33,725 nucleotides of DNA from the IMG/VR virus record IMGVR_UViG_3300046786_000355, positions 1 to 33,725 of that record. The stretch is one strand, 5' to 3'. Both the position numbers and the translations under genes were made by a program. Numbering within the stretch: the first letter of the stretch is position 1; each line of letters opens with the position of its first letter. Positions 24,640-33,711 of this stretch are shown piece after piece. Under the pieces are notes generated by a model that was not told the DNA's origin, did no database searches, and saw only the letters and a list, made by a program, of their open reading frames with translations. Origin of the DNA: a virus. Lineage: Duplodnaviria; Caudoviricetes.

Positions 24640-24802
24640 CGTCCAGCGATTCCTTCACCTCGGACTTCGTGACAGCCTTTTCCATGTCCTCCATGGCCTT
24701 CTTGTGAGCCATCTCGCGGATAGACTTAACCAGACCGACAAAAGCCTGGATGATTGAGAGAGCAGTGGGGATAGCTTTAATGACGGAAAGGATCGCGTTC
24801 AT
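24620..24802 (-). CDS. Putative i-spanin-like membrane protein
   Basis: Hydrophobic/amphipathic N-terminus then a charged helix; directly precedes the lipoprotein. Confidence 0.4.
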   Translation of the reverse strand: MNAILSVIKAIPTALSIIQAFVGLVKSIREMAHKKAMEDMEKAVTKSEVKESLDDVSRNP

Positions 24803-25083
24803 TTCTTCACCGCCTTGACCAGCTCTCCGACAGCGTCGATCAGCTCAGGAACCAGGCTCAGGGCCTCGCCCAGGCTAACGTCTTTCAGTTCCGACGGGAC
24901 TTCCTCAATACCGTTATAGGCATCCAAAAGCGCGGACTTCAGAGGCTCGGACTGCATCTTAACCACGATCGGCGCGATGTCGGTCGCCTGGACTCCATCC
25001 TTGAACTCAGTAGCCAGCATAGCCGCCAGCTTGATGAATCCGACCAGTGCTTCCTTAGTTTCCTTTACGCCTTTATTTTCCAT
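24799..25083 (-). CDS. Hypothetical helical protein in the lysis cassette (start refined to MENKGVK)
   Basis: GAAGGTGAT RBS; ATGA overlap with the next gene. Confidence 0.6.
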   Translation of the reverse strand: MENKGVKETKEALVGFIKLAAMLATEFKDGVQATDIAPIVVKMQSEPLKSALLDAYNGIEEVPSELKDVSLGEALSLVPELIDAVGELVKAVKK

Positions 25084-25315
25084 CTGTATCACCTTCAATC
25101 TTTAGCTTGTATTTGATTAGCGTAAGGTCTTCCTTCACGCTTAACAGAAGTGCACTCATGGCCTCCTGTTTCTTCTCGAGCTCATGGACCTTGGCCTCGG
25201 CTCCTGTCGCTGAATAGCTGATCGAGGAGAGCCAGAGAACAAAGGCAACGAATGACGGGACCGCCGCACCGATTACGAAAACAGGAATGGAGGTTTTACC
25301 GTCGATCTTATTCAT
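25073..25315 (-). CDS. Putative holin-like single-TM protein
   Basis: One TM (IPVFVIGAAVPSFVAFVLWL) plus a coiled coil; first gene of the lysis cluster. Confidence 0.45.
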   Translation of the reverse strand: MNKIDGKTSIPVFVIGAAVPSFVAFVLWLSSISYSATGAEAKVHELEKKQEAMSALLLSVKEDLTLIKYKLKIEGDTDGK

Positions 25316-25704
25316 GGCGTATTCTGAAAGAGTTGAGCGGCGAATGAATAAGATGCCTGAAAAAACGGAGCTCCAGCGGCGTTAGCTTGAAGACTGAAAA
25401 CAGTTCCAGCAGGAAAAGTTTTAGCAAAAGGATTAGCCGCTACGACTCCGGGGGGACTGGTATCTGTAGAGTATTCAAAATCGGTTGGAATCCCACCAGA
25501 TAATGTTTGAACAGGAAGTCCAGGGTATTGATAAGTTATCGTTGCAGATCCACCAGAACTCCCACCAAATGCCGCAAAGTGTACAACCAGATAGCAATTC
25601 GCCGGAACGGTGTAGGAGTCGGATACGTTAGTGGCAAACACGTTTCTGTAAAATGTGACCGTGCTCCCGATTTTAATCGTCGTGTTGTTTGAATACGTTG
25701 CCAT
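25312..25704 (-). CDS. Small beta-rich fibre-associated protein
   Basis: 130 aa, AT-rich DNA, YTVPAN motif seen in fibre tip/adhesin domains. Confidence 0.5.
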   Translation of the reverse strand: MATYSNNTTIKIGSTVTFYRNVFATNVSDSYTVPANCYLVVHFAAFGGSSGGSATITYQYPGLPVQTLSGGIPTDFEYSTDTSPPGVVAANPFAKTFPAGTVFSLQANAAGAPFFQASYSFAAQLFQNTP

Positions 25705-25705
25705 C

Positions 25706-26179
25706 TTATCTCACCACCTTCGACCGGGCTTCTGCCCTGGCTTGTTTGACTTCCACCGGGCAAGGGACCCCGGCGTCTAATTCCCTGATGATATACCAGT
25801 CCGTGCTCTCGAGGTAGCGCAGAGCTTCAGTCGACAGCTTCTCCAGCGCCACGGCCTCTGTAATGTCCACGACTTCAACGGTGTACTCGGCGCGGAGCTT
25901 TACCTCGCGATGCGTCCTAGCAGGGATCGCTTCCTGAACAATTGCTCCGGCGTCATCCATAACAGCGTCAATCGCAGGATAATCCTCGACGATGCGCTCT
26001 TCGAGAACGTCGGCCTCGTCGTAGCCTTCGGCCATCGGCTCGTCCTTGTGGAGAACCCACCGCTCTGGCTTGCCCCACCAGTTTCCTGCGACACCGTCAA
26101 CAATCCACGCTTGAGGATCGAGCATTTCAGCTCCGTGAGTTTGTTGTCCTTCTTTGTTTTTAATGATTACTTTTTTCAT
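25706..26179 (-). CDS. Tail fibre assembly chaperone-like protein
   Basis: C-terminal ALRYLESTDWYIIRE..G..P..VKQARAEAR motif; follows the fibre gene. Confidence 0.65.
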   Translation of the reverse strand: MKKVIIKNKEGQQTHGAEMLDPQAWIVDGVAGNWWGKPERWVLHKDEPMAEGYDEADVLEERIVEDYPAIDAVMDDAGAIVQEAIPARTHREVKLRAEYTVEVVDITEAVALEKLSTEALRYLESTDWYIIRELDAGVPCPVEVKQARAEARSKVVR

Positions 26180-26182
26180 AAA

Positions 26183-28129
26183 TTATCCTACTCGCTGTAT
26201 GTTGATGTAAGTATACAGGGCGTCTGGATCTAAATTTGTGGATGCACCCCTAACATTGAATACGGAACCATTAAGAACATCTCCAGCATTGCATTGAACA
26301 AGCGTTGATGATGTCGAAACGGCAAGCTGATAAGTCCCTGTTGTCGGGACACGAATTATAGAACTACCAGCAACAGAAGTTCCATTTTTTGTCACCAAAG
26401 AAATGAATGTGTGATTAATCGCAACCCATGCAACGCTTGCGCTCATTGCACTTACGCTTACCTCGTAAACTCCAGAAACAGGACAGACGAATCCGGGCGA
26501 TGTTGTATAAGTTCCAGTTGCTGAATTATATCCAACACCAGCCCGATATGCGTTATGAGTGTCAATTTCTTTTATCTGACTATAATCAACAAGTGTGGCT
26601 ATGTTGTTTGGTATTGTCTGACCAGCTCCAGTTCTATACCTCGCCGCCACCGTCTCGCTCGCCGCAATCACGGACGGGCCGGAGAGTCTGTGTATAGAAA
26701 TGCGCAATTCTGCGGTAAGTGTAACGCTTGCGTCTGACCTAAATGAAATTGTTTTTCCTGCCGTCAATCCAGTTAACAAAACACTACTTCCGCCACGTGT
26801 TGATCCGGCGGTCGCCGTATTGGTAAAAACAACACCGGACCCGTCATATATAGTAGAAATTGAACATGAGGCAGATAATGGAAGCGTCCCAGATACTGCT
26901 ACTACATAATCTCCAGTCACAGGAATTGTATAAATCCCAGTGCTTGCATTAAATGCTCCGTGCGTATCTTGAAGAGTTGTAAATCCGGTGATGTTTGCTC
27001 CTCCAGTAACGGCGGCCTGCGCTCTTCCGGCAGACAAGCTAACCACCCGAGTATCGGTGTCGCTCGACATTTGCACCGAGGAGGACCAGCCTTGGATGGG
27101 AACCATAAATGTTGCGTGAATTTGGTCGCCGTTGGCCCAAGTAACCGGTGCGGTATTTGTTACGCTGACAACTTGACCAGTGAGCTGACTCTGATAAGTG
27201 AAAAACAACGATGTTGCACTAGAATAAGCTATTTGAAAATTGTAATGTGCTGCGCCCTTGAAACCGTGAGCCGATCCAAAAGTGGACTGCAAAAAATCAG
27301 ACGAAGCCATTTTGGTGGTATCGATAGACAATCCAGCTGGAATATTGACTTGAAGGTCTGTGGCGGTAACAGCTCCGGTTATTCCAATTTTAATAGAAGC
27401 CTGTAACGAATCTCCTACCCTACGCCAGCGCCCACTATAAGTTGCACCAGAAACCCAAGTTCCGGTTGGAGTATAGCTCACCCAATCCGTCACGACAGGA
27501 CCGATCGGAGCAGTCATCCGAGAACAGGTGAAGTTATCAAACTCAAGCGAGCAAGCGGAGCCGACAGCCTGAGATGCGATCACGGCTACCCGGTACTTCT
27601 GACCAGCCACTACGCTAGACTGGAAGGTCGCAGTCACACGACCCGGACCGCTCGACTGGTTCATGCCGAGGTAACCGGCTGGCTGGATCCAGTTAGCTGC
27701 TCCTGCGGTAGCGTCGTAAATGTAGACCATCAAGGTCTGAGAGCCGAGAGTGCCTGAAAAGTTGAGCGTACCGGACACGAGCTCGTAATCAAAGCTAACG
27801 GTCAGCACCTTGCCAAGGTCCATCCGATCGAGCGTGAACTCGTCCGAGATAAAGCCCTGGCCAGCGGTCCATCCAGCCGCTCCAGTCACCAGAAGCGAGC
27901 GAGCTCCAGAGAGAGGAGTGGTCGTGGTAGCGGTAAGTGCGATCGAAGCCGCAGCGGTCGAGGAGATCGTAGGCGTTCCGGTGGGGAGTCCAGAGGTAAG
28001 TGCGACAGAGACCTCGGTCCAGCCGTGCGTCGTTCCGTTCTCGAAGCTAGACTTCAGGTAATTCCGATCGTCGACCAGGCCCTCGATGTTATCCGCTGTC
28101 AGTGTCCGAAAATTAGAATTGAGCGCCAT
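26183..28129 (-). CDS. Tail fibre / receptor-binding protein
   Basis: 648 aa. N-terminal CBM-like domain, WVSYTPT..GRWRRVG (gp53-like) domain, two C1q/TNF-like domains (FNASTGIYTIPVTGDY; FVCPVSGVYEV). Confidence 0.75.
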   Translation of the reverse strand: MALNSNFRTLTADNIEGLVDDRNYLKSSFENGTTHGWTEVSVALTSGLPTGTPTISSTAAASIALTATTTTPLSGARSLLVTGAAGWTAGQGFISDEFTLDRMDLGKVLTVSFDYELVSGTLNFSGTLGSQTLMVYIYDATAGAANWIQPAGYLGMNQSSGPGRVTATFQSSVVAGQKYRVAVIASQAVGSACSLEFDNFTCSRMTAPIGPVVTDWVSYTPTGTWVSGATYSGRWRRVGDSLQASIKIGITGAVTATDLQVNIPAGLSIDTTKMASSDFLQSTFGSAHGFKGAAHYNFQIAYSSATSLFFTYQSQLTGQVVSVTNTAPVTWANGDQIHATFMVPIQGWSSSVQMSSDTDTRVVSLSAGRAQAAVTGGANITGFTTLQDTHGAFNASTGIYTIPVTGDYVVAVSGTLPLSASCSISTIYDGSGVVFTNTATAGSTRGGSSVLLTGLTAGKTISFRSDASVTLTAELRISIHRLSGPSVIAASETVAARYRTGAGQTIPNNIATLVDYSQIKEIDTHNAYRAGVGYNSATGTYTTSPGFVCPVSGVYEVSVSAMSASVAWVAINHTFISLVTKNGTSVAGSSIIRVPTTGTYQLAVSTSSTLVQCNAGDVLNGSVFNVRGASTNLDPDALYTYINIQRVG

Positions 28130-28139
28130 CGTTTACCCC

Positions 28140-29393
28140 TTAGAAGTTCCTATTGATTTCGATATACCGAGCGAGAGTCGCGTCGTAAACAAAGTCCATG
28201 ATGTGATACTTTAGCAACTTGGCCGGGCTACCGTTTAAGATACAGCCATTCGCGGCGTCGTTATTCACGACCTCGATCCAGTTCGTGTCAGAGTTCCCGA
28301 TCAGCCGGATCATGGATCCGTCAGCGGTCGGAGGAGTAGCACCGAATGGAGTAGCCGAGAGCTGAGATCCTGAGCTGGTCGAAGCCTGGACCAGCCACTT
28401 CTGTTGACCATCAGCCGGGACGATCACGATCGACCCACCGCCAGCAAGCGCCAGGCTCGAGTAGGCCTGCCATCCACCACCGCCACCAGTAGCGTTAACG
28501 GTAACGGTGATGGCGTTCGTGGTCCGGGTAGCCGTAATCCCAGGACCGACGAAGTCGATTGAGGTTACGGTCCCAGATGTCCCGAGGTTCGATCCCTCGT
28601 CCTTGAACTGGATCCCGTCCTGCTTGCCTGCCACTGCTGAGTTAATCGGAGTCAGGGCATCGTAGACCGCATCTGATGAAGGAGCCTTAGTGGTCACTCC
28701 GTCAGTGATGGTCTGAGTGATGGTCGCGCTCTGCGCCCTGGCATCTGTGAAGTAGAGGTTAGTCAGGCCTTCGCTCAAGTTATTCGTCGTCTTAGTTGCG
28801 AGCGAGGAGTCGAAGCTAGTACCGAAGTCGGAAGTGTTCAGCTTCAGCGCCAGCGCATCGAATACCGCATCCTCGGATGGAGACTTATTCGTCACTCCGT
28901 TCGTAATGACTTGAGTGATGACTGCGCTCCTGGCGCGTGTATCTGTGAAGTATTGGTTAGTCGTTCCCTCTGGGAGCTCGTCCGTGTTGACGATAGGCCG
29001 ACCGATAAAGACGTACGTGGATCCAGACCAGCGATAGGAGTAATTAGTGTCGAGCGTTACATAAATCTTACTGGTCTCACCAGTCGCCGGGAGCGCTGCG
29101 AAGTTGGCCACCTCGATCACGTCGTCGACATAGGACGGAAGCTGAGCCGATGGAACCTTACTATCTGCTCCGAGCGTAGCAACGCCGTTAGCCGCGCCCT
29201 TCTGGGACAGTGGGATCTTGAGAGCGTCGGACGCGATCACGTCATTGATCGCCTGCTGTACGTTAGAAACGGTCGCCCCGCTTCCTGCGTCACTGAGCGT
29301 CTGGACTCCGTACATCGTGTTATCGTCTTGCTTCGACGCGAAGGCTGAGTTGAATGTCGCCGCGTCCGCTTTCTGTCCGTTTAATACGCTCAC
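28140..29393 (-). CDS. Tail fibre-like protein with internal repeats
   Basis: KGAANGVATLGADSKVPSAQLPSYVDDVIE fibre motif; two EG.TN.YFTD.RA...PS.DAV.DAL repeats 66 aa apart. Confidence 0.7.
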   Translation of the reverse strand: MSVLNGQKADAATFNSAFASKQDDNTMYGVQTLSDAGSGATVSNVQQAINDVIASDALKIPLSQKGAANGVATLGADSKVPSAQLPSYVDDVIEVANFAALPATGETSKIYVTLDTNYSYRWSGSTYVFIGRPIVNTDELPEGTTNQYFTDTRARSAVITQVITNGVTNKSPSEDAVFDALALKLNTSDFGTSFDSSLATKTTNNLSEGLTNLYFTDARAQSATITQTITDGVTTKAPSSDAVYDALTPINSAVAGKQDGIQFKDEGSNLGTSGTVTSIDFVGPGITATRTTNAITVTVNATGGGGGWQAYSSLALAGGGSIVIVPADGQQKWLVQASTSSGSQLSATPFGATPPTADGSMIRLIGNSDTNWIEVVNNDAANGCILNGSPAKLLKYHIMDFVYDATLARYIEINRNF

Positions 29394-30166
29394 GAAACCT
29401 CCCTAAAGACCAGGCGCCCCGTCCGGTATAGCCCCTCGCCGTAGTCGATCATTTCTAACAGCTTAAAGCCTGTCCCCTGAGAGTCGCTTTCCGTGGATTC
29501 TAAAACCAGCTTCGAATAGTTCGCAACGTCTAATCCGTTAGGCATGAACTCGATGGTCGATTTCTCAATGGCAAAACCCATGAACCGAAGCGCGTCCGCG
29601 ATTCCTGTCTGGCTACTGGTCCAAATATCGTCACCGATGAACTTCCGGTCAGTGATGAAATCCATCGAGCACTCCATGTACCGCTTAGTGCCGAACCGGA
29701 TCACCTCGACCGCCCCGGACCCGGTCTCATTGATCGAGGCCTTTACGCTCTTTACGTTATGGTCTAGTGGCACGTAGTCGAGCAGGTAGAACTGAGGCTC
29801 GTAGGAGAATCCGATCGCAGTGGTCCCGTCGTATTGACTGAAGCCAGTGAGATCACCAGACCCGGCGAAGCCCAGGCGCGAATAGATATTGGAGGCGCTA
29901 TTCGGTCCAGACGATCGAAGGATCGAGAATGTCCCACTGGCTGTTATCCTGAGAAGCCGTGTGGTGCGGTTCAGGGTGACTGTATAGGTTAGGGATCCAG
30001 ATGAGTTCAGCGCCGAAGAGAGAGCGACTGCGAGCTCGCTGGGGGCGTAAGCCTTAACAGCAAGCGCGACAGATACGACTCCCGTTCCTTCGTCGATATC
30101 AAGGATGTTATTATCTGAATCAATCTGGACCCCAAAATAAAACTTCGAGCGAGTAAGCAAAGCCAT
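29390..30166 (-). CDS. Putative distal tail (Dit-like) protein
   Basis: 258 aa immediately after the TMP; beta-rich. Confidence 0.5.
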   Translation of the reverse strand: MALLTRSKFYFGVQIDSDNNILDIDEGTGVVSVALAVKAYAPSELAVALSSALNSSGSLTYTVTLNRTTRLLRITASGTFSILRSSGPNSASNIYSRLGFAGSGDLTGFSQYDGTTAIGFSYEPQFYLLDYVPLDHNVKSVKASINETGSGAVEVIRFGTKRYMECSMDFITDRKFIGDDIWTSSQTGIADALRFMGFAIEKSTIEFMPNGLDVANYSKLVLESTESDSQGTGFKLLEMIDYGEGLYRTGRLVFREVS

Positions 30167-32211
30167 TATGCCATCCCCCTAACGACTGCGCCCTTCGAGT
30201 CGATGGCGTCATTGAGAAGCGCGACGATTCGGTTCTGAGTGTCCGAGCTGTCCAGGATGTCGCCCATCACCTGGAAGTTAACCACGGTCTGAGGAGCCCG
30301 TACAGCGCCCTCTCCGACCATAGCTGTGGCATCGAATGCCGGAGCCTCTGGAGTGGTCGAGGAGCTCGCCCCGACGCCACCACCGCCAGCCGTTGCAGCG
30401 CCACCAGCCCCACCGCCGAACGCCTTGAGCAACCCGCCGAGAACGACGAGAGCCGCACCTGCTGCGATAGCTGCGCCCCCGGTGATGTTACCGAAGATCG
30501 GGATAGCCTGGTTCGCGATACCCATGGCAATAAACATATTCCCCATATTGATGGCAATATCACCGAGGATCCCGAGGAAGCTATTCCTGAACGCGACCCA
30601 TGCGTCCTCGCCCCTGGCAAGCGCACCGCCTACGCTGGAGAGAGCAGATCCAATCCCCTGGACCAGGGTTAGCTTGATGTAGTTCCCGACGTCCGCGAGC
30701 TTTTCCTTTGTTCCTTGGACATAAGCTCCCCATACGCCCTGGGACTTCATTTGATAATTAAGCTGGGCATTCAGGATCGCCTGATTCTGTGCCGCTACCT
30801 GAGCCTGCTCGAGCTGATAGCGTTCCTGCTGAGAGAAGCCCCTCTCGTTCGAGAAGTTCTGCTCGATCTGGCGACGGTCGTTCAGGCCCTTCTCCACGAT
30901 CTGCTTCAGTTGATCCTGGTATAGGATCTCCATCTCAGCCTGGCGCTGATTTCCGTCAGCGATGAAAGCCAGGTTAGCCTGGCGATTAGCGTTCTCCTGC
31001 TGAGAGAAGCCGAGCATGGCCTGATTAAACTGGATAGCTCTCTGTTCAGCGAGAGCCATTTCCTGCATTCTTGCTTGGTTACTTTTATCCCTTGCCGCCG
31101 CTTCTTCCTGATAAAGCGAGATCCTTTTAGCCAGAGGATCAGACTCAATCGAGCGAGTGGTAGCGCTGAACTTTAGCTCGAGCTGAGAGAGTGCTGCCTC
31201 AGCCGCCTGAAGCTGGACGGTAAGATTCGCCATCCGATCATCGACGCCCATCTCTGTTCCTGCGGCAAGATCAGGAGCCATGAGCTCCTTATTCAGAAGC
31301 GCGATTCTTTCGCGAAGGATAGCGGCAGATTCTGCTGCCTTCTCCTGAGTCATCGAAATCTGTTTTGTGCTGTTAATGGTAAGCGATGCCGACTGATTAA
31401 ACCTGTCGATGTAGGACTGGATCAGGCCACCGAAAACGCTCTCGAATGCAAGCGCTCCGATCTCTTTCAGGTTCCCGAGATTAACGGAGAGCCTTGTCGT
31501 CGAGTCGCTGAATTTCTTGATGCTACCGTCTACCTTGCCGAATCTAAACTCCGCTTCGGATAGGATGGCGTTAGCGTTAACGAATGCCCGTTGCTGTTCT
31601 GTAAGCTGGTTAACTGTAAGGCCTATACTCTGCGCGAACTTCTTCTGTTCTGATGAGAGATCGACCACCAGGCCGACCTGCTGTTTCAACGCCCGCTCGT
31701 TCCCGGTCTGGATAGCATAAATGAAGGCCTCGGTATTCGCCTTCATGTCGCCGAATCCTGCGGCTGAAGCCTTACGGGCTAGCTCGAAAATCTGAGGAAG
31801 TCTCTGGGCAGTAAGGCCCAGTCGGATCATCGCCTGATTAGCCAGATCAAGCGCGTCCTCGTCGTCCATAAGGCCATCAATGGAGGCCATAATGGCTTGA
31901 TTGAATGCCTCAGTGGCGATGCCAGTTTGCTGAGTGATCGTTGCGAATTGAGCATTAACGACCCGGACCTTCTCGGCCTCGATCATCATGTCGCGCATAC
32001 CGCGAGCCAGTGAAGCCGTGGCATCAAGCGCAGTCCTGGCTAGGTCGATGTAGGCATTGAAGCCCATGGCCTTGATCGGATTAGCCAGAGATCCAAGGCT
32101 AGCGGCGACCTCCTTCTCGGTGGTCTCTGCCTCCTTGCGAATAGTGCCGAAGGCTTTCCTTACTGAGCCGTCATCGAGCACTATTTCTAGTTCAATCTTC
32201 TGGTCTGCCAT
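30166..32211 (-). CDS. Tape measure protein
   Basis: 681 aa, Ala/Gln-rich helical, IELEIVLDD N-terminus, hydrophobic Gly-rich C-terminal segment; follows the chaperone genes. Confidence 0.88.
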   Translation of the reverse strand: MADQKIELEIVLDDGSVRKAFGTIRKEAETTEKEVAASLGSLANPIKAMGFNAYIDLARTALDATASLARGMRDMMIEAEKVRVVNAQFATITQQTGIATEAFNQAIMASIDGLMDDEDALDLANQAMIRLGLTAQRLPQIFELARKASAAGFGDMKANTEAFIYAIQTGNERALKQQVGLVVDLSSEQKKFAQSIGLTVNQLTEQQRAFVNANAILSEAEFRFGKVDGSIKKFSDSTTRLSVNLGNLKEIGALAFESVFGGLIQSYIDRFNQSASLTINSTKQISMTQEKAAESAAILRERIALLNKELMAPDLAAGTEMGVDDRMANLTVQLQAAEAALSQLELKFSATTRSIESDPLAKRISLYQEEAAARDKSNQARMQEMALAEQRAIQFNQAMLGFSQQENANRQANLAFIADGNQRQAEMEILYQDQLKQIVEKGLNDRRQIEQNFSNERGFSQQERYQLEQAQVAAQNQAILNAQLNYQMKSQGVWGAYVQGTKEKLADVGNYIKLTLVQGIGSALSSVGGALARGEDAWVAFRNSFLGILGDIAINMGNMFIAMGIANQAIPIFGNITGGAAIAAGAALVVLGGLLKAFGGGAGGAATAGGGGVGASSSTTPEAPAFDATAMVGEGAVRAPQTVVNFQVMGDILDSSDTQNRIVALLNDAIDSKGAVVRGMA

Positions 32212-32219
32212 TGATTTCC

Positions 32220-32513
32220 TTATCGTCGGCTTAGGATTTCCATGAGCTCCTTATTCGTGAGCTTCTTTCCTTCCGATTTTCGCACCGGATTAGCCAGCTT
32301 CTCAAGCTCTTTATGATACCGCTCGCGTTCCTTGCCTTCGACGTGTGGCATCATCAGGAGGTTAGACTGCACCAGGCACTGCCTCGCCTCGATAGCCGTG
32401 ATCGAATGCCAGTAATCAAGAGCGACATCAACCGGAAGGCTGTCGATATAGTCATCAGTCCAGCCGTAGAAATGGGCCAGACCAGCCTTCATGAGCTTGT
32501 GCTCAGTTAGTTT
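32220..32513 (-). CDS. Tail assembly chaperone -1 frame extension (gpT-like)
   Basis: Open in the -1 frame from the slippery site (KLTEHKLMKAGLAHFYGWTDDYIDSLP..); HFYGW..I..LP is typical of gpT parts. Confidence 0.8.
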   Translation of the reverse strand, partial: KLTEHKLMKAGLAHFYGWTDDYIDSLPVDVALDYWHSITAIEARQCLVQSNLLMMPHVEGKERERYHKELEKLANPVRKSEGKKLTNKELMEILSRR

Positions 32514-32764
32514 TTTTTTGGAAACAGAACAAAGCCGATGAACTCCTGGAAATCCAGGACGTCAAACGACTCGAGGGCGGCCTTATCGAGACCGAGGGAG
32601 CAGAAGAAGTCGACGTAGACTTCCTTTACATCCTTCGGATCAGCCGATGCGACCTTACCCTGGAGGGCCTCCGACTCCGAAATACGAGGGACTCTCATCT
32701 CGTACTCGGAGCCGGATACCTTTACCTTGATCTTCTTTGGTTTCGCCTCAAAAACCAGTTCCAT
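32507..32764 (-). CDS. Tail assembly chaperone (gpG-like)
   Basis: 85 aa between tail tube and TMP, ending CCA AAA AAA AAC TAA. Confidence 0.8.
   Translation of the reverse strand: MELVFEAKPKKIKVKVSGSEYEMRVPRISESEALQGKVASADPKDVKEVYVDFFCSLGLDKAALESFDVLDFQEFIGFVLFPKKN
32510..32519 (-). other. -1 programmed ribosomal frameshift site (A AAA AAC within A9C)
   Basis: X XXY YYZ heptamer just before the stop; the downstream ORF is in the -1 frame. Confidence 0.85.
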
Positions 32765-32778
32765 TAAATCCCCTTAGA

Positions 32779-33711
32779 TTATGCTTCAGGAAGAGCCGAC
32801 GCGTCCCCGTAAGAGAACAGGTTAGCGAATCCAGACTTCGAGCTGTCGAGGTAGCCGATAGCTTCGATCGGAAGGATGTACTCGTTCTCAGCAGAGAAGG
32901 TCTGCTCGCCCAGCTTCAGCTTGCACTTATGGATGGTGAAGTCTTCGGAAGCGTCAGCATCCGCAGCCTTATCGGTCGGACGGAATACGAGCTTATCAGC
33001 CACGTCGTCGGTCGACTTGAACAGGTTAGCGGAGCCGTAGCCAGAGATCACCTCAGAAGCGGCGTCGTCGGTCACCACGGTGCTTCCGTAGAAGTTAAGC
33101 GCCCGACGGATAGACTCAACAGAGGAGTCTTTCAGCTCGAACGAAGCGGACACAGAAGCGCCCCGGCGAATCTCAGCCAGGACGAAGTCGCCAGTCTGAG
33201 GAGCCTTGATCTCCTTGGTCTGCTCTGTAACGGTGAAGGTGATATCGCCGTTAGTTCCACCGAGATCAGTAGCGACAGAGCCGAACTGAGCGACGGTGAT
33301 CGAAAAGCCAGTCTTCTTGGTAGGATCGAGAGCGTCACGTGCCTCGTAAGCGTATCCGTCCGCAGCCATGTAGCACTCGACTTCGTTACCTGAAACGGTA
33401 GCGACAACCCAGGTAAGCGGATCAATTACAGCCTGGAGAGCCGTAGCCACAGCGGTCTTAGACGCGCCTGTCGCGATAGCCACTTCATGCCCGGTAGCGT
33501 TCGGTACAGCAGGGCTAACAGCAGAGCCGCCAGAGGTGTTAAACCAGAAGAAGTGCTTAGCCTGAGTTACTGGCTCGTGCACCACGAAGAACTTCCCATC
33601 GAGGGAGTTGGCTTCGTCGGCCTTTGTGAAGATACAGAACTTTTGAGGACGATCAGATCCGAGAATGATATTCCGGATCCCGAGGTTATACTTATTAGAA
33701 TTGCAGGCCAT
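32779..33711 (-). CDS. Major tail (tube) protein
   Basis: 310 aa upstream of chaperone and TMP; DLGGTNGDITF tube motif; AAGGAGGGG RBS. Confidence 0.8.
   Translation of the reverse strand: MACNSNKYNLGIRNIILGSDRPQKFCIFTKADEANSLDGKFFVVHEPVTQAKHFFWFNTSGGSAVSPAVPNATGHEVAIATGASKTAVATALQAVIDPLTWVVATVSGNEVECYMAADGYAYEARDALDPTKKTGFSITVAQFGSVATDLGGTNGDITFTVTEQTKEIKAPQTGDFVLAEIRRGASVSASFELKDSSVESIRRALNFYGSTVVTDDAASEVISGYGSANLFKSTDDVADKLVFRPTDKAADADASEDFTIHKCKLKLGEQTFSAENEYILPIEAIGYLDSSKSGFANLFSYGDASALPEA

Noticed and set aside
26183-28129. Diversity-generating retroelement or invertible fibre cassette
   Set aside because: No reverse transcriptase, template/variable repeat pair, recombinase or flanking inverted repeats seen.
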